From Mobula hypostoma (lineage: Eukaryota), in contig NC_086097.1 of assembly GCF_963921235.1 (NCBI RefSeq), forward strand, positions 105,402,001-105,466,000: a DNA stretch of 64,000 nucleotides. The letters run 5' to 3'. The notes beneath the pieces were generated by a model, which saw only the letters and a program-made list of their open reading frames with translations, was not told the DNA's origin and searched no databases. The position numbers were made by a program, and so were the translations under genes. Positions 1 to 12,463 of this stretch are shown piece after piece. How positions within the stretch are numbered: position 1 is the first letter of the stretch; the number at the start of each line of letters is the position of its first letter.

Positions 1-131
1 TTGATATCCATTATAATCCCTGAGCAGTCCCTGTTCATATTGCAGATTTTGCTGTGTACCTTTCCCCCACCCCTTCAAACAACAGTTTGCCTTTAACAAA
101 TTTTACTCTACTGGCTCCTTGCTTGCCAAGG

Positions 132-542
132 AAAGGCCATATAAGGTAGCAAAAGTGAGTGGGAAGTTGGAGATAGGGAAGCTTTTAAAATCCAACAAAA
201 TACAACTATAAAAGCTATAAGAAAAGAAAAGATGAAATAAGGGGGCAGACTAGCCAATAATATAAAGTAGGATACCAAAAGTGGTTTTTTTTCCAGTTAT
301 ATAAAGAGTGAAAGGGAGGTGAGAGTTGATACTGGACCACTGGAAAATGATTCTGTTGAGGTAGTAATGGGGACAAAGAAATGGGTACTTTGCATTTGTC
401 TTCATTGTGGAAGTGTGTCAGTGATCCGTGAGTGTCAGGGAGCAGGAGTGAGCGCCATTGCTAATACAAAGGAAAAAGTGCTAGGCAAACTCAAAGGTCT
501 TACGGTGGATAAGTCACCTGGACCAGATGGACTGCATCCCAG
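132..542 (+). mobile_element. CR1-clade LINE ORF2 fragment (5' part; resumes at 2347)
   Basis: Translates to ...KVLGKLKGLTVDKSPGPDGLHP, a typical CR1 ORF2 segment; cut at CCAG by an LTR insertion. Confidence 0.85.
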
Positions 543-628
543 TGAAGTTGTTTAAGGATGTTGGGGAAGTAAGGCATGATTCTTGGACTCTTGTAAATAA
601 TGGGTTAAAAACTTAAGTGAACAAATTC

Positions 629-664
629 AGTCCTGACGAAGGGTCTCGGCCTGAAACGTCGACT
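629..664 (+). ncRNA. Minimal type-I hammerhead ribozyme motif
   Basis: AGTC-CTGACGA-A-GGGTCTCGGCCT-GAAACGTC-GACT: stem I AGTC/GACT, CUGANGA and GAAA core boxes, short stem II, palindromic ACGT stem III, GUC cleavage triplet. Confidence 0.75.
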
Positions 665-764
665 GCGCCTCTTCCTATAGATGCTGCTTGGCCTGCTGCG
701 TTCACCAGCAACTTTGATGTATGTTGCTTGAATTTCCAGCATCTGCAGAATTCCTGTTGTTTGC
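629..764 (+). mobile_element. 136-bp PLE-end mini-insertion carrying a hammerhead motif
   Basis: Flanked by perfect 12-bp TSD GTGAACAAATTC (617-628, 765-776); sequence matches the 3' end of longer PLE copies in the window. Confidence 0.85.
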
Positions 765-790
765 GTGAACAAATTCTGTTGCTTTTGCTG

Positions 791-1799
791 TGTGAGGGGA
801 TCCTGGAGTACCCCTATTAACTGTTTGGAGAGAGACATTTATCATTGATGGTTTGTTTGGAAAGGAGAGAGAGACAGAGTTATTTACCACCGATATGTTG
901 CTTTTGAAAAGAGAGAGAGAGAGAGAGACAAAGATTAACGCTTGGACTGTCACTTTAAGGCATTGGAAGTAACTTTGGATTTTTACTGAGTTGGGAGTTG
1001 GAGACAGCACCGAGCAGCTCGAAGGTTGCTATGGTGACCGAAGGCGGTGGACACTCGATGTTATGATTTTCAGCTGGTTATTGATGTTACTTTCAAGGAC
1101 TTGTTGCCTGCTTGTGCTCCTTTACAGACAAAGGAGGGAGTGACTCTTTGAATGACAGGTGATGCTCAGCCTGGTGAAATAAATGGGAGGTCAGATGATA
1201 CAGACCTCAGGACACATGATCTGGACACTGAATGAGCATTGTTGTGCCCGCAGAGAAAGTGGGTTTTGGAGGATCGATCAGGCGGATCGATCCAAATTGC
1301 TATTCCGTCAGTGAAGAAGGGGTTGACTGGTGGGGAGTTCTCTGTGTCCACCCTTGCCTGGGTGATAGCTCCACCACAGAAGACCGGTCCCCCTGGTTAA
1401 AGTCACAGTCGGTGACTTGTAAAGGATTTCGGAGGACGACGAGAAGATTGACGGCATCAGCTCACCTGAAGACTCAACTCACTCACTCTCTCTCTCCCCC
1501 CCCTTTCTCCATCACTACTCAACTAAATACCATGAACTGAACTGAACTGAACTTTACTCAACATCGTAAGACTGTATCTTTTTACTCCTAGACTTAAAGA
1601 AGCCTGGTTTCATACATATATATATATATATTCCACACTTACTTTTATCTATAACCATTGCTAACCTGTTTGATTTATTTACATTTATATTACTGTATTA
1701 CGTAGTTACTAATAAATATTATTAGTTTATAGCAATACTAGACTCCAAAGTGTTTTCCATCTCTGCTGGTTCTTTATCCCCGTCACGGGGTCCGTGACA
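791..1799. mobile_element. Solo LTR (inner) with 4-bp TSD
   Basis: TGTGAG...GTGACA termini; GCTG at 787-790 and 1800-1803; AATAAA near 1711; no coding capacity. Confidence 0.75.
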
Positions 1800-2346
1800 G
1801 CTGAAGAATAAGCCCGCAGTTTATTTAGATTAAAAGCTTGCCTGATTAACAGCCTGTAGCTGCCTCTTCAAGGTGACATGAGGGCTGGAATTACTCAGTT
1901 CTCACATAGGTCATGCTTTATTGTTTTGCTCCACTGACTTACGTCTTTTCTTCTGAGAGGCTCAATGATAAGAACATCTGTCTCTAATTAAGTCAGGGGC
2001 CTAGCTACAGAGGTGGCTGGTACGGGATAGACAACATATCTATTTGTAATTAAACTCTGATTTAGTGGACTCTGTTATCAAAGTAATTGGGTTTCGCTCT
2101 AATTGACTTGACATACCATTGTAACTGAGTGTTCTTTGTCTGCTCATTCTATATATTGTAGCATTTCTGTTCTAAAATCAGAAAGCTCATCTGAGCCTCG
2201 AAGAGAGAGAGAGTCTCTGTCTCCCTTCGATAACTGGTTCTGAGTCTTTCTCGCCGGCTGAAATGAGCACAATAAACTGGTGAAGAGGTTAAAGTAATAA
2301 ACTGTGTGGTGTGATTATGGGTCCGGCAACCTTTTTTAAGTTTACA

Positions 2347-3360
2347 CCAGAGTCCTGAGAGAGGTTGTGGAAGGGATAACGAATGCATTGGTCATGATCT
2401 TCCAAGAATCACTTGATTCTGGCATGGTCCCAGAGTATTGGAAGATCGCAAATGTCATTCCACTCTTTAAGAGAGGAAGGCAAAAGAAGGAAATTATAGG
2501 CAGGTTAGCCTAACCTCGGTGGTTGGGAAAGTGTTGGAATCTATTATTGGGGATGAGGTTTCAAGGTTCTTGGAGACTAATGATAAAATAAGTCAAAGTC
2601 AGCATGGTTTCTGTAAACCATGTAAAAAGAAATCTTACCTTGCCTGTTAGTTCTGTTAGTAGCAAGCAAGGTTGACAAAGGAGAGGCAATGGATGTCATT
2701 TATTTGGACTTTCAGAAGGTGCTTTATAAGGTGCTTCACAAAAGACTGCTTAACAAGCTAAAATCCTATGGTGTTACAGGAAAGATACTGGCATGGGTCG
2801 AGGAATGGCTGACAGGCATGAGGCAGCAAATGAAAAGGTGCCCTTTCTGGTTGGCTGCCAGTGACTAGTGGTGTTCCTCAGGGGTCAGTATTGGGACTGC
2901 TACTTTTCACATTGTTTGTCAGTGATTTAAAGAATGGAATTGATGGCTTTGTGGTAAAGTTTGCAGATGATATGAAGATAGGTGGAGGGGTTGGTAGTGC
3001 TGATGAAGCAATGGGATTGCAGCAGGACATAGACAAATTGGAGGAATAGACAAAAATATGGCAGGTGGAATACAGTGTTGGGAAATGTATGATAATGCAT
3101 TTTGGTAAAAGGAACAATAATGCAGACTATTATCTAAATGGGGAGAAAATTCAAACATCAGAGGTGCAGAGGGACTTAGGAGTGCACGTGCAAGACTCTG
3201 AGAAGGTTAATATATAGGTTGAGTCTGTGGTAAAGGTAAATGCAATGTTGCCATTTATTTCAAGGGGAATAGAATATAAAAGCAAAGAGATAATGCTGAG
3301 GCTTTGTAAGACACTTGTCAGGCCACACTTGGAGTATTGTCAACAGTTTTGGGCCCCATA
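2347..3360 (+). mobile_element. CR1 LINE ORF2/RT, degenerate (continues ~6951-7475)
   Basis: TSGVPQGSVLG...KFADD and LVRPHLEYC motifs; stops and frameshifts. Confidence 0.9.
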
Positions 3361-4937
3361 TAGAACCATAGAACACTACAGCACAGAAAACAGGCCATTC
3401 GGTCCTTCTAGTCTGTGCCGAAACTTTATTCTGCTAGTCCCATTGACCTGCACCCAGTCCATAACCCTCCAGACGTCTCCCATCCATGCACCCAATTTAT
3501 TCTTAAAACTTAAGAGTGAGCCTGCATTTACCACGTCAAATGGCAGTTCATTCCACACTCCCACCACTCTCTGAGTGAAGAAGTTCCCCCTAATGCTTCC
3601 CCTAAATGTTTCCCCTTTCATCCTAAAGACATGTCCTCTTGTATTTATCTCTCCTAATTGAAGTGGAAAGAGCCTGCTCGCACTTACTCAGTCTATAACT
3701 CTCATAATTTTGTAAACCTCTATCAAATCTCCCCTCATTCTTCTACGTTCCAAGGAATAAAGTCCTAACCTGTTCAATCTTGCCCTGTCACTCAACTCCT
3801 GAAGACCCGGCAACATCCTAATAAATCTTCTCTGCACTCTTTCAATCTTACTGATATCCTTCCTGTAGTTGGGTGACCAGAACTGCACACAATACTCCAA
3901 ATTTGGCCTCACCAATGTCTTATACAACCTCACCATAACATCCCAACTCTTATACTCAATACTTTGATTTATGAATGCCAGGATGCCAAAAGCCTTTTTT
4001 ACAACCCAGTCTACCTGTGACGCCACTAATTCAGAATTACAGAGCACAGTTCAGAATTATATATCTGAACTCCCAGATCCCTTTGTTCCTCCGCACTCCT
4101 CAGTGCCCTATCATTTACTACCTTGATTTGTCCTTCCAAAATTCAACACTTCACACTTTCTGCATTAAATTCCATCTGCCATTTTCTGGCCCATTTTTCC
4201 AGTTGGTCCAGATCCCTCTGCAAGCTTTGAAAGCCTTCCTCACTGTCCACAACGCCTCCAATCTTAGTGTCATCAGCAAACTTGCTGATCCAATTTACCA
4301 CATTATCATCTAGATCATTGATATAGACAACAAACAACAATGGTCCCAGCACAGATCCCTGAGGCACACCACTAGTCACAGGCCTCCAGTCTGAGACGCA
4401 ATCATCCACTACCACTCTCTGTCTTCTCCCACACAGCCAATTTCGAATCCAGTTTACAACCTCTCCATGGATACCTAGTGTCTGAACCTTCTGAACTAAC
4501 CTCCCATGTGGGACTTTGTCAAAGGCCTTACTAAAGTCCATGTAGACAACATCCACTGCCTTTCCTTTATCTACTTTCTTGGTAACCTCCTCGAAAACCT
4601 CTACAAGATTCGTTAAACACAATCTACCACACACGAAGCCATGCTGACTATCCTTAATCGGCCCTTTGTATATCCGATCTCTCAGAACACCTACCAATAA
4701 TTTACCTACCACTGATGTCAGGCTCTCCAGCCTGTAATTACCTGGTTTACTTTTGGAGCCTTTTATAAACAACAGAACAACATGAGTTACCCTCCAATCC
4801 TCTGGCACCACACCCGTGGCTAAGGACATTTTAAATGTTTCTGCCAGGGCCCCTGAAACTTCTACACTAGTCTCTCTCAAGGTCCGAGGGATTTATCTAC
4901 CTTTATTCGCTGTAAGGCAGCAAGCACCTCCTCCTCT

Positions 4938-5842
4938 GCAACTTCCGCCATCTTCAACAGGACCCCACCACTAAGCACATCTTTCCCTCTCTACCCCTCT
5001 CCGCTTTCTGCAGGGATCATTCCCTCCGCAACTCCCTGGTCCACACGTCCCTCCCCACGGATCTCCCACCTGGCACTTATCCCTGCAAGCGTAAGTGCTA
5101 CACCTGACCCTACACCACCTCTCTCACCACCATTCAGAGCCTCAAACAGTCCTTCCAGGTGAGGCAACACTTCACTTGTGAGTCTGTTGGGGTCATCTAT
5201 TGCATCTGGTGCTCCCGGTGCGGCCTCCTCTACATCAGTGAAACCCGACGCAGATTGGGGGCCCGCTTCATTGAGCACCTCCGCTCCGTCCGCCACAACA
5301 GACAGGATCTCCCGGTTGCCACCCACTTCAACTCTGCCTCACATTCCCATTCAGATATGTCCATACATGACCTCTTCTACTGCCATGATGAGGCTAAACT
5401 CAGCTTGGAGGAGCAACACTTCATATACCGTCTTGGTAGTCTCCAGCCCCTTGACATGAACATAGAATTCTCCAACTTCCAGTAATTCCCTCCCCCTCCC
5501 CCAGCTGCCTATCACCTCCTGCATGGTTCCGCTTCCTTCTACTACCCATTGTGCTTTCCCCTATTCCTTCTTCACCTTTCCTGCCTATCCCTTCCCTGCC
5601 TCCCCTCCCCCACCCCTTTATCTTTCCCCTTACTGGTTTTTCACCTGGCACCTACCAGCCTTCTCCTTCCCACCATCCCCCCACCTTCTTTATATTGCCC
5701 CTTCCCCCCTTCAGTCCTGATGAAGGGTCTTGGCCCGAAACGTTGACTGTTCGTTTCCACGGATGCTGCCCAACCTGCTGAGTTCCTCCAGCGTGTTGTG
5801 CGTGTTGCTTTCACCCCAGCATCTGCAGAGTATTTTGTGTTT
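4938..5842 (+). mobile_element. Penelope-like element, 5'-truncated: GIY-YIG endonuclease plus pLTR
   Basis: ORF 5159-5485 (GVIYCIWCSRCGLLYISETRRRLGARFIEH) is GIY-YIG-like; pyrimidine-rich UTR; hammerhead motif at 5713; flanking ACCTCCTC at 4926 and 5843. Confidence 0.85.
5713..5748 (+). ncRNA. Minimal type-I hammerhead ribozyme motif (core intact)
   Basis: AGTC-CTGATGA-A-GGGTCTTGGCCC-GAAACGTT-GACT. Confidence 0.75.
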
Positions 5843-6950
5843 ACCTCCTCTTTATTCTCTATATGTTCTATGACACTACTGCTTGTTTCCCTTCCTTCCA
5901 TGTATGCTATGCCAGTTTCCTGAGTAAATACTAATGCAAAAAGACTGTTTAAGATCTCCCCGTCTCGTGAGGCTCCACGCATAGACGACCTCTCTGATCT
6001 TCTAGGGGACCAATTTTGTCCCTTACTATCCTTTTACTCTTAATATACTTGTAGAAACCTTTCGGGTTTAACTTCACATTATCTGCCAAAGTAACCTCAT
6101 GTCTTCTTTTTGCCTTCCTGATTTCCTCCTTTAGTATTTTCTTACATTTTCTATACTCTTCAAGTACATCATTTGTTCATTGTTGCCTATACCTGCTATA
6201 CACCTCTCTGTTTTTCTTAACCAGATCGCCAATATCCCTTGAAAACCAAGGTTCCCTATACCTGTTGACTTTGGCTTTAATCCTGGCAGGAACATGCAAA
6301 CTCTGCACTCTCAAAATTTTGCCTTTGAAGGCCTTCCACTTACTGAACACACCCTTGCCAGAAAACAACTTATCCCAATCCACTCTTCCTAGATCCTTTC
6401 TCATTTCCACAAAATTGGCCCTTTTTCAATTTAGAACCTCAACTCGAGGACCAGACCTATCCTTGTCCATAATTAACTTGAAACTAATGACATTATGGTC
6501 ACTGTCCCAAAATGTTCGCCTACACATACTTCTGTCACCTGTTCTGTCTGGTTCCCTAATAGGAGATCAAGTATTGCATCCTCTCTCATTGGTACCTCTA
6601 TATACTGATTTTTAAAAATTTCCTGAACACATTTGACGAACTCCAAGCCATCTAGCCCTTTCACAGTGTGGGAGTCCCAGTCAATATGTGGAAAGTTAAA
6701 ATCCCCTACTATGACAACTTTCTGTTTCTTACATCAGTCTGCTATCTCTCTACAGATTTGCTCGTCCAATTCTCTGTGACTATTGGGCGGTCTATAATAC
6801 AACCCTATTAGTGTGGTTACACCTTTCCCATTCCTCAGCTCCACCCATATAGCCTCTGTGGACAAGCCCTCCAGGCTGTCCTGCCTACACACAGCTGTGA
6901 TATTTTCCCTGAGTAGTAATGCCACTCCTCCCCCTTTCATCCCACCTTTC

Positions 6951-7475
6951 ATATCTCAGAAGGGATGTGTTGTCATTGGAGACAGTTCAGAGGAGGTTCA
7001 TGAGATGATTCCGAGAATGAAGAGGTTAACCTATGAGAAGCATTTGGCAGCTTTGGGCCTATACTCACTGGAATTTAGAAGAATGTGGGGAGATCTCATT
7101 GAAACCAGCTGAATCTTGAAAGGACTAGATAGGGTGGATGTGGAGAGGATGTTTCCTATGGTGGTATCCAGAACTAGAGGGCACAGCCTCAAAATTGGGG
7201 GGCGTCCTCTTAGAACAGAGGCAAGGAGGATTTACTTTAAACCAGAGAGTGATGAATCTGTGGAATGCTCTGCCACAGAATGTGGTGGAGGCCAAGTCCA
7301 TGCATATATTTAAGGCAGAAGTTGATAGTTTCCTGATTGGTCAGGATATCAAAGGACATGGCGAGAAGGCAGGTGTATAGGGTTGAGTAGGATCTGAGGT
7401 CAACCATCATGGAATGGCGGAGCAGATTCAATGGACTGAATGGCCTAGTTTTGCCCCTATGTCTTGTGGTCTTGC
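6951..7475 (+). mobile_element. CR1 3' end (continuation of 2347-3360)
   Basis: LGLYSLEFRRM.GDLIE and RVMNLWNALP motifs, then a CR1-type 3' UTR. Confidence 0.8.
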
Positions 7476-7549
7476 CTGAACATCCTAAGTGTGGACTGCT
7501 GATGTACTACTTTTGAGAAGAGCCAACCTATTGGTTTTTGGTCATTTAC

Positions 7550-7935
7550 ATTGAGATTTGAGAGAGGTATATAAAATTATGATGGGTATAGATAGAGTGA
7601 ATGCAAGCAGGCTTTTTCCACTGAGGCAAGGGGAGAAAAAAAACCAGAGGACATGCGTTAAGGGTGAGGGGGGAAAAGTTTAAAGGGAACATTAGGGGGG
7701 GCTTCTTCACACAGAGAGTGGTGGGAGTATGGAATGAGCTGCCAGACGAGGTGGTAAATGTGGGTTCTTTTTCAACATTTAAGAATAAGTTGGACAGATA
7801 CATGGATGAGAGGTGTATGGAGGGATATGGTCCGTGTGCAGGTCAGTGGGACTAGGCAGAAAATGGTTCGGCACAGCCAAGAAGGGCCAAAAGGCCTGTT
7901 TCTGTGCTGTAGTTTCTATGGTTCTATGGTTCTAC
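7550..7935 (+). mobile_element. CR1 3' fragment with (TTCTATGG)n tail
   Basis: FFTQRVVGVWNELP motif; short tandem tail at ~7913-7935. Confidence 0.8.
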
Positions 7936-9530
7936 ATCTACCTTGGGCTTTTGTGGCATTTTCTTCCTTGGCGAAGCATAAAGTGGTTACAACCCAGAAG
8001 ACGACTCAATGCTCATGTCCATGCCAGTTCTCCACCTGAGCAGAGTTCCACCCCACCCAGTCACTCTGTCTGCCATTTCTCCACAGCAAACACTTCCTCA
8101 CCATATATTTCCCCAATTCCCTCTTGTAGGCCATAATGGAACCCTCACTCTCCATATCTGCAGGCTGCTCCAGTTCCAACCACACACGTTTATAAAAAGG
8201 CGTTGCTTGTGTGACCTACAGAGGGTGCAGTGTTACTCAGGTCATTTTGAGCTCTCATTAACTCCACCTCTCTTCTTGCTGCCCATTAATGGTCACTTAC
8301 CTACACGATATTTTTAGATTCTTTTTTTTTGTTGCTCATCTTCTCTCATGGTTTCCCCTTGCCTTTCTACTTATTCGTTTTACTTCAATGTTGGCAGCCA
8401 ATGAGGCTTTTGGTTACTGTTGATAGGTCATTGATCTGGCCTTTCCTGCTTTTTAAGTCTTTGGTCATCCACGGAGCTTTTGCTTTAATTGTTATGTTTC
8501 TGCAGAGTGGTCATTCCTGAATCTTATTTTAATTACAGTTCTGATTGTCAATCTATGATTCTTGCTTGGTCCTTAAAGGCTCCAATGTGGAGTGTCTACA
8601 TCCTTTGGCAAAGCTATTCAAAACCTTGAGCTACTATGATCATTGTTCCCTAAATGCTTCCCCACTGATGATAGTTCCACTTTGCCCAAGTCATTTCCCA
8701 GAATCTAATCAAACAATGTTGTCCTCTTTGAGGTTGGAGTTGTATTGGGCACGAACGTTCTCCTGAGTACACTTAAAACAAAGTCTTCTTTGTCTCTATA
8801 TTGGAGATGTAAGCTATGTGTACCCCTCAAAGAAAATTCTGGGGAGTTCTGTGATTAATGCAGCTCTCTGATTCCACACCTCCCCCTTCCCACCTGTCTT
8901 TTTATATTGGCTAACTCCCCTCTTTCTTTCCAGTTCTGTTGATGGGTTTCAAACTGAAAGGTTGACTATCTATGTTCATGGCCCTCCATAGATGTGGCCT
9001 TAGGTGCTGAATACCTCTGGCTCCTTTGCATGTTGCTGCAGATTTCCAGCATCTACAGTCTCATCTGCATTGAGGTGGCAGTAGGTGCTATAGAAATGCA
9101 AAATGCTGGAAGCAGTTGATGAGCCGGTATCTCCACAGTGTAGTCATTTTATTAATATTCCTTTAATCAGTCTGCTTTCCTATTGTTTGATGCAGTTGTT
9201 AAAAAAAACTCTGTTGGATAGACATGGTACCTGTCTACACTTCAAGGGCAATCCAAGTGACATACCTCGTTTAAGCACGAGGAGGATGGATGTTGTGGAA
9301 GGGGGCATCAATCTTGTCTTTGTACGATTCACACGTTCAGACAAACAGTGTTGAATAGCAGGCTGATGGAGTGGGGGGCACCAGCCTGACTTAAGGCTCC
9401 TTACCCAGCACGAGCTAATGGAATACCGTAGGGGCCAGTGCTCAGGGTTGGGAGTGTCACCATGCTGCCAACTATTTGAGAACTCTCAGCTCTGTTCTAA
9501 TAATGTTTCTTCATTTCACTTGGCCATCAG

Positions 9531-9600
9531 AAATCTCTGGATGTAAAGTTGTTGGAGCTGCAGCATAACACAGCAGATATTACGCACCCCAAGTGTCTGG
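9531..9600 (+). CDS. HAUS2: HAUS2-like internal exon (70 nt)
   Basis: ccatcag|AAA...CTGG|gtaagt; KSLDVKLLELQHNTADITHPKCL resembles recalled human HAUS2 [23 protein letters not shown]; phase 0 to 1. Confidence 0.85.
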
Positions 9601-11125
9601 GTAAGTGTGTCTCACTTGGTTCTGGGTCTGTTAAATATTCAGTTATGCCTCACTTATATTCTTTAATGTGCTTGGAATCTCATACACACACAGTGTATCA
9701 TGGTCACTTCCAGAGGGATATGGAAACTTTCAATGAAGCATTAGAAAATCTGCAGATGCTGGACATCCAAGCAACACACACAAGGTGCTGGAGGAACTCA
9801 GCAGGCCAAGTTCAATGAAATGCTGGTCTCTTCCATGCCATCTTACCATGTCATAAATTACCACGTATAAATTTCACTTCAATTTGAACACCTGCTTGCC
9901 TAATTTCATAAGAAATTGCTTAAAGTGTCTTGTATGCTTTAAAAAAAATCTGGACATAAAATTGAAAAATTTGTAATCCATTATAAAAACAAAACAAATC
10001 AGATTGCTTTCCTATCAGCAAATCAGGTGGTGTCTGTGGGGAAAGGAAGAGAGAGATAGATGGTTAGCATTTCAGGAGACAGACACATCATGCAGGATTT
10101 CAACCCAAAACATCATCAATTTCTTTACCTTCTACAGATGCTGCTAGCCCTGCTAAGTTCCACCAGCAGATTATTAACATTTGAGGTCTGGGGATGAGAA
10201 CAAGTGAGTTTTCAGTAACAAATTGGGGTGGTTCTAGAATGGGTATAATTAATTGAATATCTCTTATCGAGTAAGACTGAATGAAGCAGTTAGTCAGTGT
10301 AACATGCTTTTGGTAGTTTCAGACATGTCCAACTAGCCAGATAGGAAAAAGAAAAACTGAGCTAAATGGATCCAGAAACGTGTGGCAGTTTGACTGACCC
10401 AAGAGGATGCTGACCTCAGGTGCTGGCTGCGTGGACTTGTGACTGCATCGGTTTCTACCAGATGCTTCAATTTCCTCCTAAGGAAGTTGGTAAATAAATT
10501 GACCCCAGTGTATGGGTGAAGGGTAGGATCTGGGGAAACTGGTAAGAATATGGGGTGAATATAAAATAGAATTGGTGTGAACGTGCAGTTGATGACACAA
10601 GCTCAGTGGGCCAGAAGGTCTGCTTCTGTGTTGTGACTCAAAACAATGGCAGGTAGAAATGTCCATTTCTGGAGTTCAATTCCTGGAGCCTTTGGTCCAG
10701 TCCAGGAGATCATGGACAGAGAGTAGAGAGCGAGTAGGATGGGGAATTAAAGTGGCACGTGACAGGAAGCTCAGGGGTGCCTCTGCGGACTGAGTCCAGG
10801 TGCTTTGTGAAGTGATCGGTGAATGTAGAGGAGGCAACATAGTGAACACTGAGTGCAGTGTGCTAAAGTGGAAATGAATCACTGCTTCACCGAAAAGACA
10901 GTTTGGGTCCCTGGATGGTGGCAAAGAAGAGGTGTTGTATCTACTTTTGGCAAATGGATTTATTGCTGTTGCATGTATGGAGGTACTGTGAAAAACCTGT
11001 TTACGTGTTGTCTGTACAGATCAATTCATAAAAACAGCAACAGAATGCGGAATGAAGTGTTGCAAAGAGAGTGTGGACAGTTGGTGTAAGGTCATAATGA
11101 GTTGATTCTGAGGTCAAGAGTCTTA

Positions 11126-11310
11126 TTACGCTAAGAGGCCGTTCGATGGTCTTATAACACCGGGATAGAAGATGTATTTGAGCCTGGTGGTATGTGCATT
11201 CAGGCTTTTGTATGAGAGCGGGGGGGGGGGGGGGGCGGAGAAGAGAGAATGCCTGGGATGGCTGGGGTCTTTGATTATGCTGGCTGCTTTACCAAGACAA
11301 TGAGACAATG
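11126..11310 (-). mobile_element. Rex1/Babar-like LINE 3' fragment
   Basis: KAASIIKDPSHPRHSLF...TTRLK..FYP motif. Confidence 0.65.
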
Positions 11311-12463
11311 TGTACAGGCTCCATGCAGCGGATCCTAGTTTCTATGATCTGATGACCTATGTCCACCTCTGCAGTTTCTTAAAACACAAGCAAAGCAATT
11401 GCCATACCAATCCATGATACACCTGAATAGGATTCTCCCTGTGATGTGGGCTAAAAGGGACACCAGATTTCTGAGGAAGTAGAGGGGTCTTTTGGTATTT
11501 ACAATGTGTCCTCCTTTGCACTGAGCTTCCTGTTCCCTGCCACTTTCATTCCTGTACTGTTTTGATGAAGCACAAAGCGAATGTGACAACTAGCACCTCA
11601 CCTTCTATTTGGGCATGATGCAGCCTTCAGGACTCAATACTGAATTCTCCAAGTCTAAGTAACTTGTGCTCTCTCTTTGCCTATTCAGAACTGGCTGTTT
11701 GTACTGTCAACATGTTGGCTCAGTTCTTTTCCCCCACCCCCACCACTCTTCCAATATTCCCCACTCTGAATTTTACATCTTCTCACCTGCCTATTACTCT
11801 TTCCTACCCTCCTCCTATGATCCATTCTCCTCTCCTATGTGATTCCTTCTTCTCCAGCCCTTGACCTTTTCCACACACCTGGCTTCACCTATCTTCCAAC
11901 TTCCTCCTTTCCCTCTGCCAAACTCTTTTTTCTCTGATATCTTCCCCCTTCTTTCTCAGTCTTGAAGGGTGTCTGCCCAAACTGTCAACAGATGCTGCCT
12001 GGCCTGCTGAGTTCTTCCAACACTTTGTGTGTGGATTTCCCAGCATCTGCAAACGTTCTCGTGGTTATGTTGACTCTGTTTTTATGATTCTATTTGTACG
12101 GTCCTGCCTTTTGGGTGTGCCTCATCTTTAGGAACACATTATCCCAACAAAGAAGCTTAATTTGCTACTTAACTGCCAATTTAAATAATTTGGATTTGCC
12201 TTATGAAAGAGATTCCATTTGTGCTCTCCATCTTTGTTTTGTCCCAGACCTGAAATATCATCTTCCATTTGATTGGCTGAGTCTTTCCAACATTTTCAAA
12301 TGCCAGTTTTTCTGTTTTTTTTTTATCTATAATCTATAATGTTATAACACAGTGCAGAACAGACAGACCTGAGAGAGAATTGAGGAAATGTATGAATAAG
12401 ACAGAGAACACCTTCCCTTCCAAGTCAATCAGACTTCAGATATATTGGCTGGGTCTCGCTGTA

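Larger units (their letters stand above)
543..2346. mobile_element. Solo LTR (outer) with 4-bp TSD
   Basis: Starts TG (543), ends CA (2346); CCAG at 539-542 and 2347-2350. Removing it rejoins the CR1 sequence catcccag|agtcctgagagagg. AATAAA motifs near its 3' end. Confidence 0.75.
3361..6950 (-). mobile_element. CR1 LINE (second subfamily) inserted into the + CR1 and itself interrupted by a PLE
   Basis: ORFs 4143-4880 (DFSKAFDKVPH, GVPQGSVLGP, KFADD), 3688-4047, 6473-6664 and 6734-6952 (endonuclease GGGVALL, YYRPP). Confidence 0.9.

Noticed and set aside
1..9530. HAUS2 first two exons
   Set aside because: No convincing matching exon found by eye; the region is mostly TE-derived, so they probably lie upstream of the window.
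8930..12060. Further hammerheads in old PLE-end remnants (~8930-8970, ~11958-11990)
   Set aside because: Core boxes are too degenerate to call as ribozymes.
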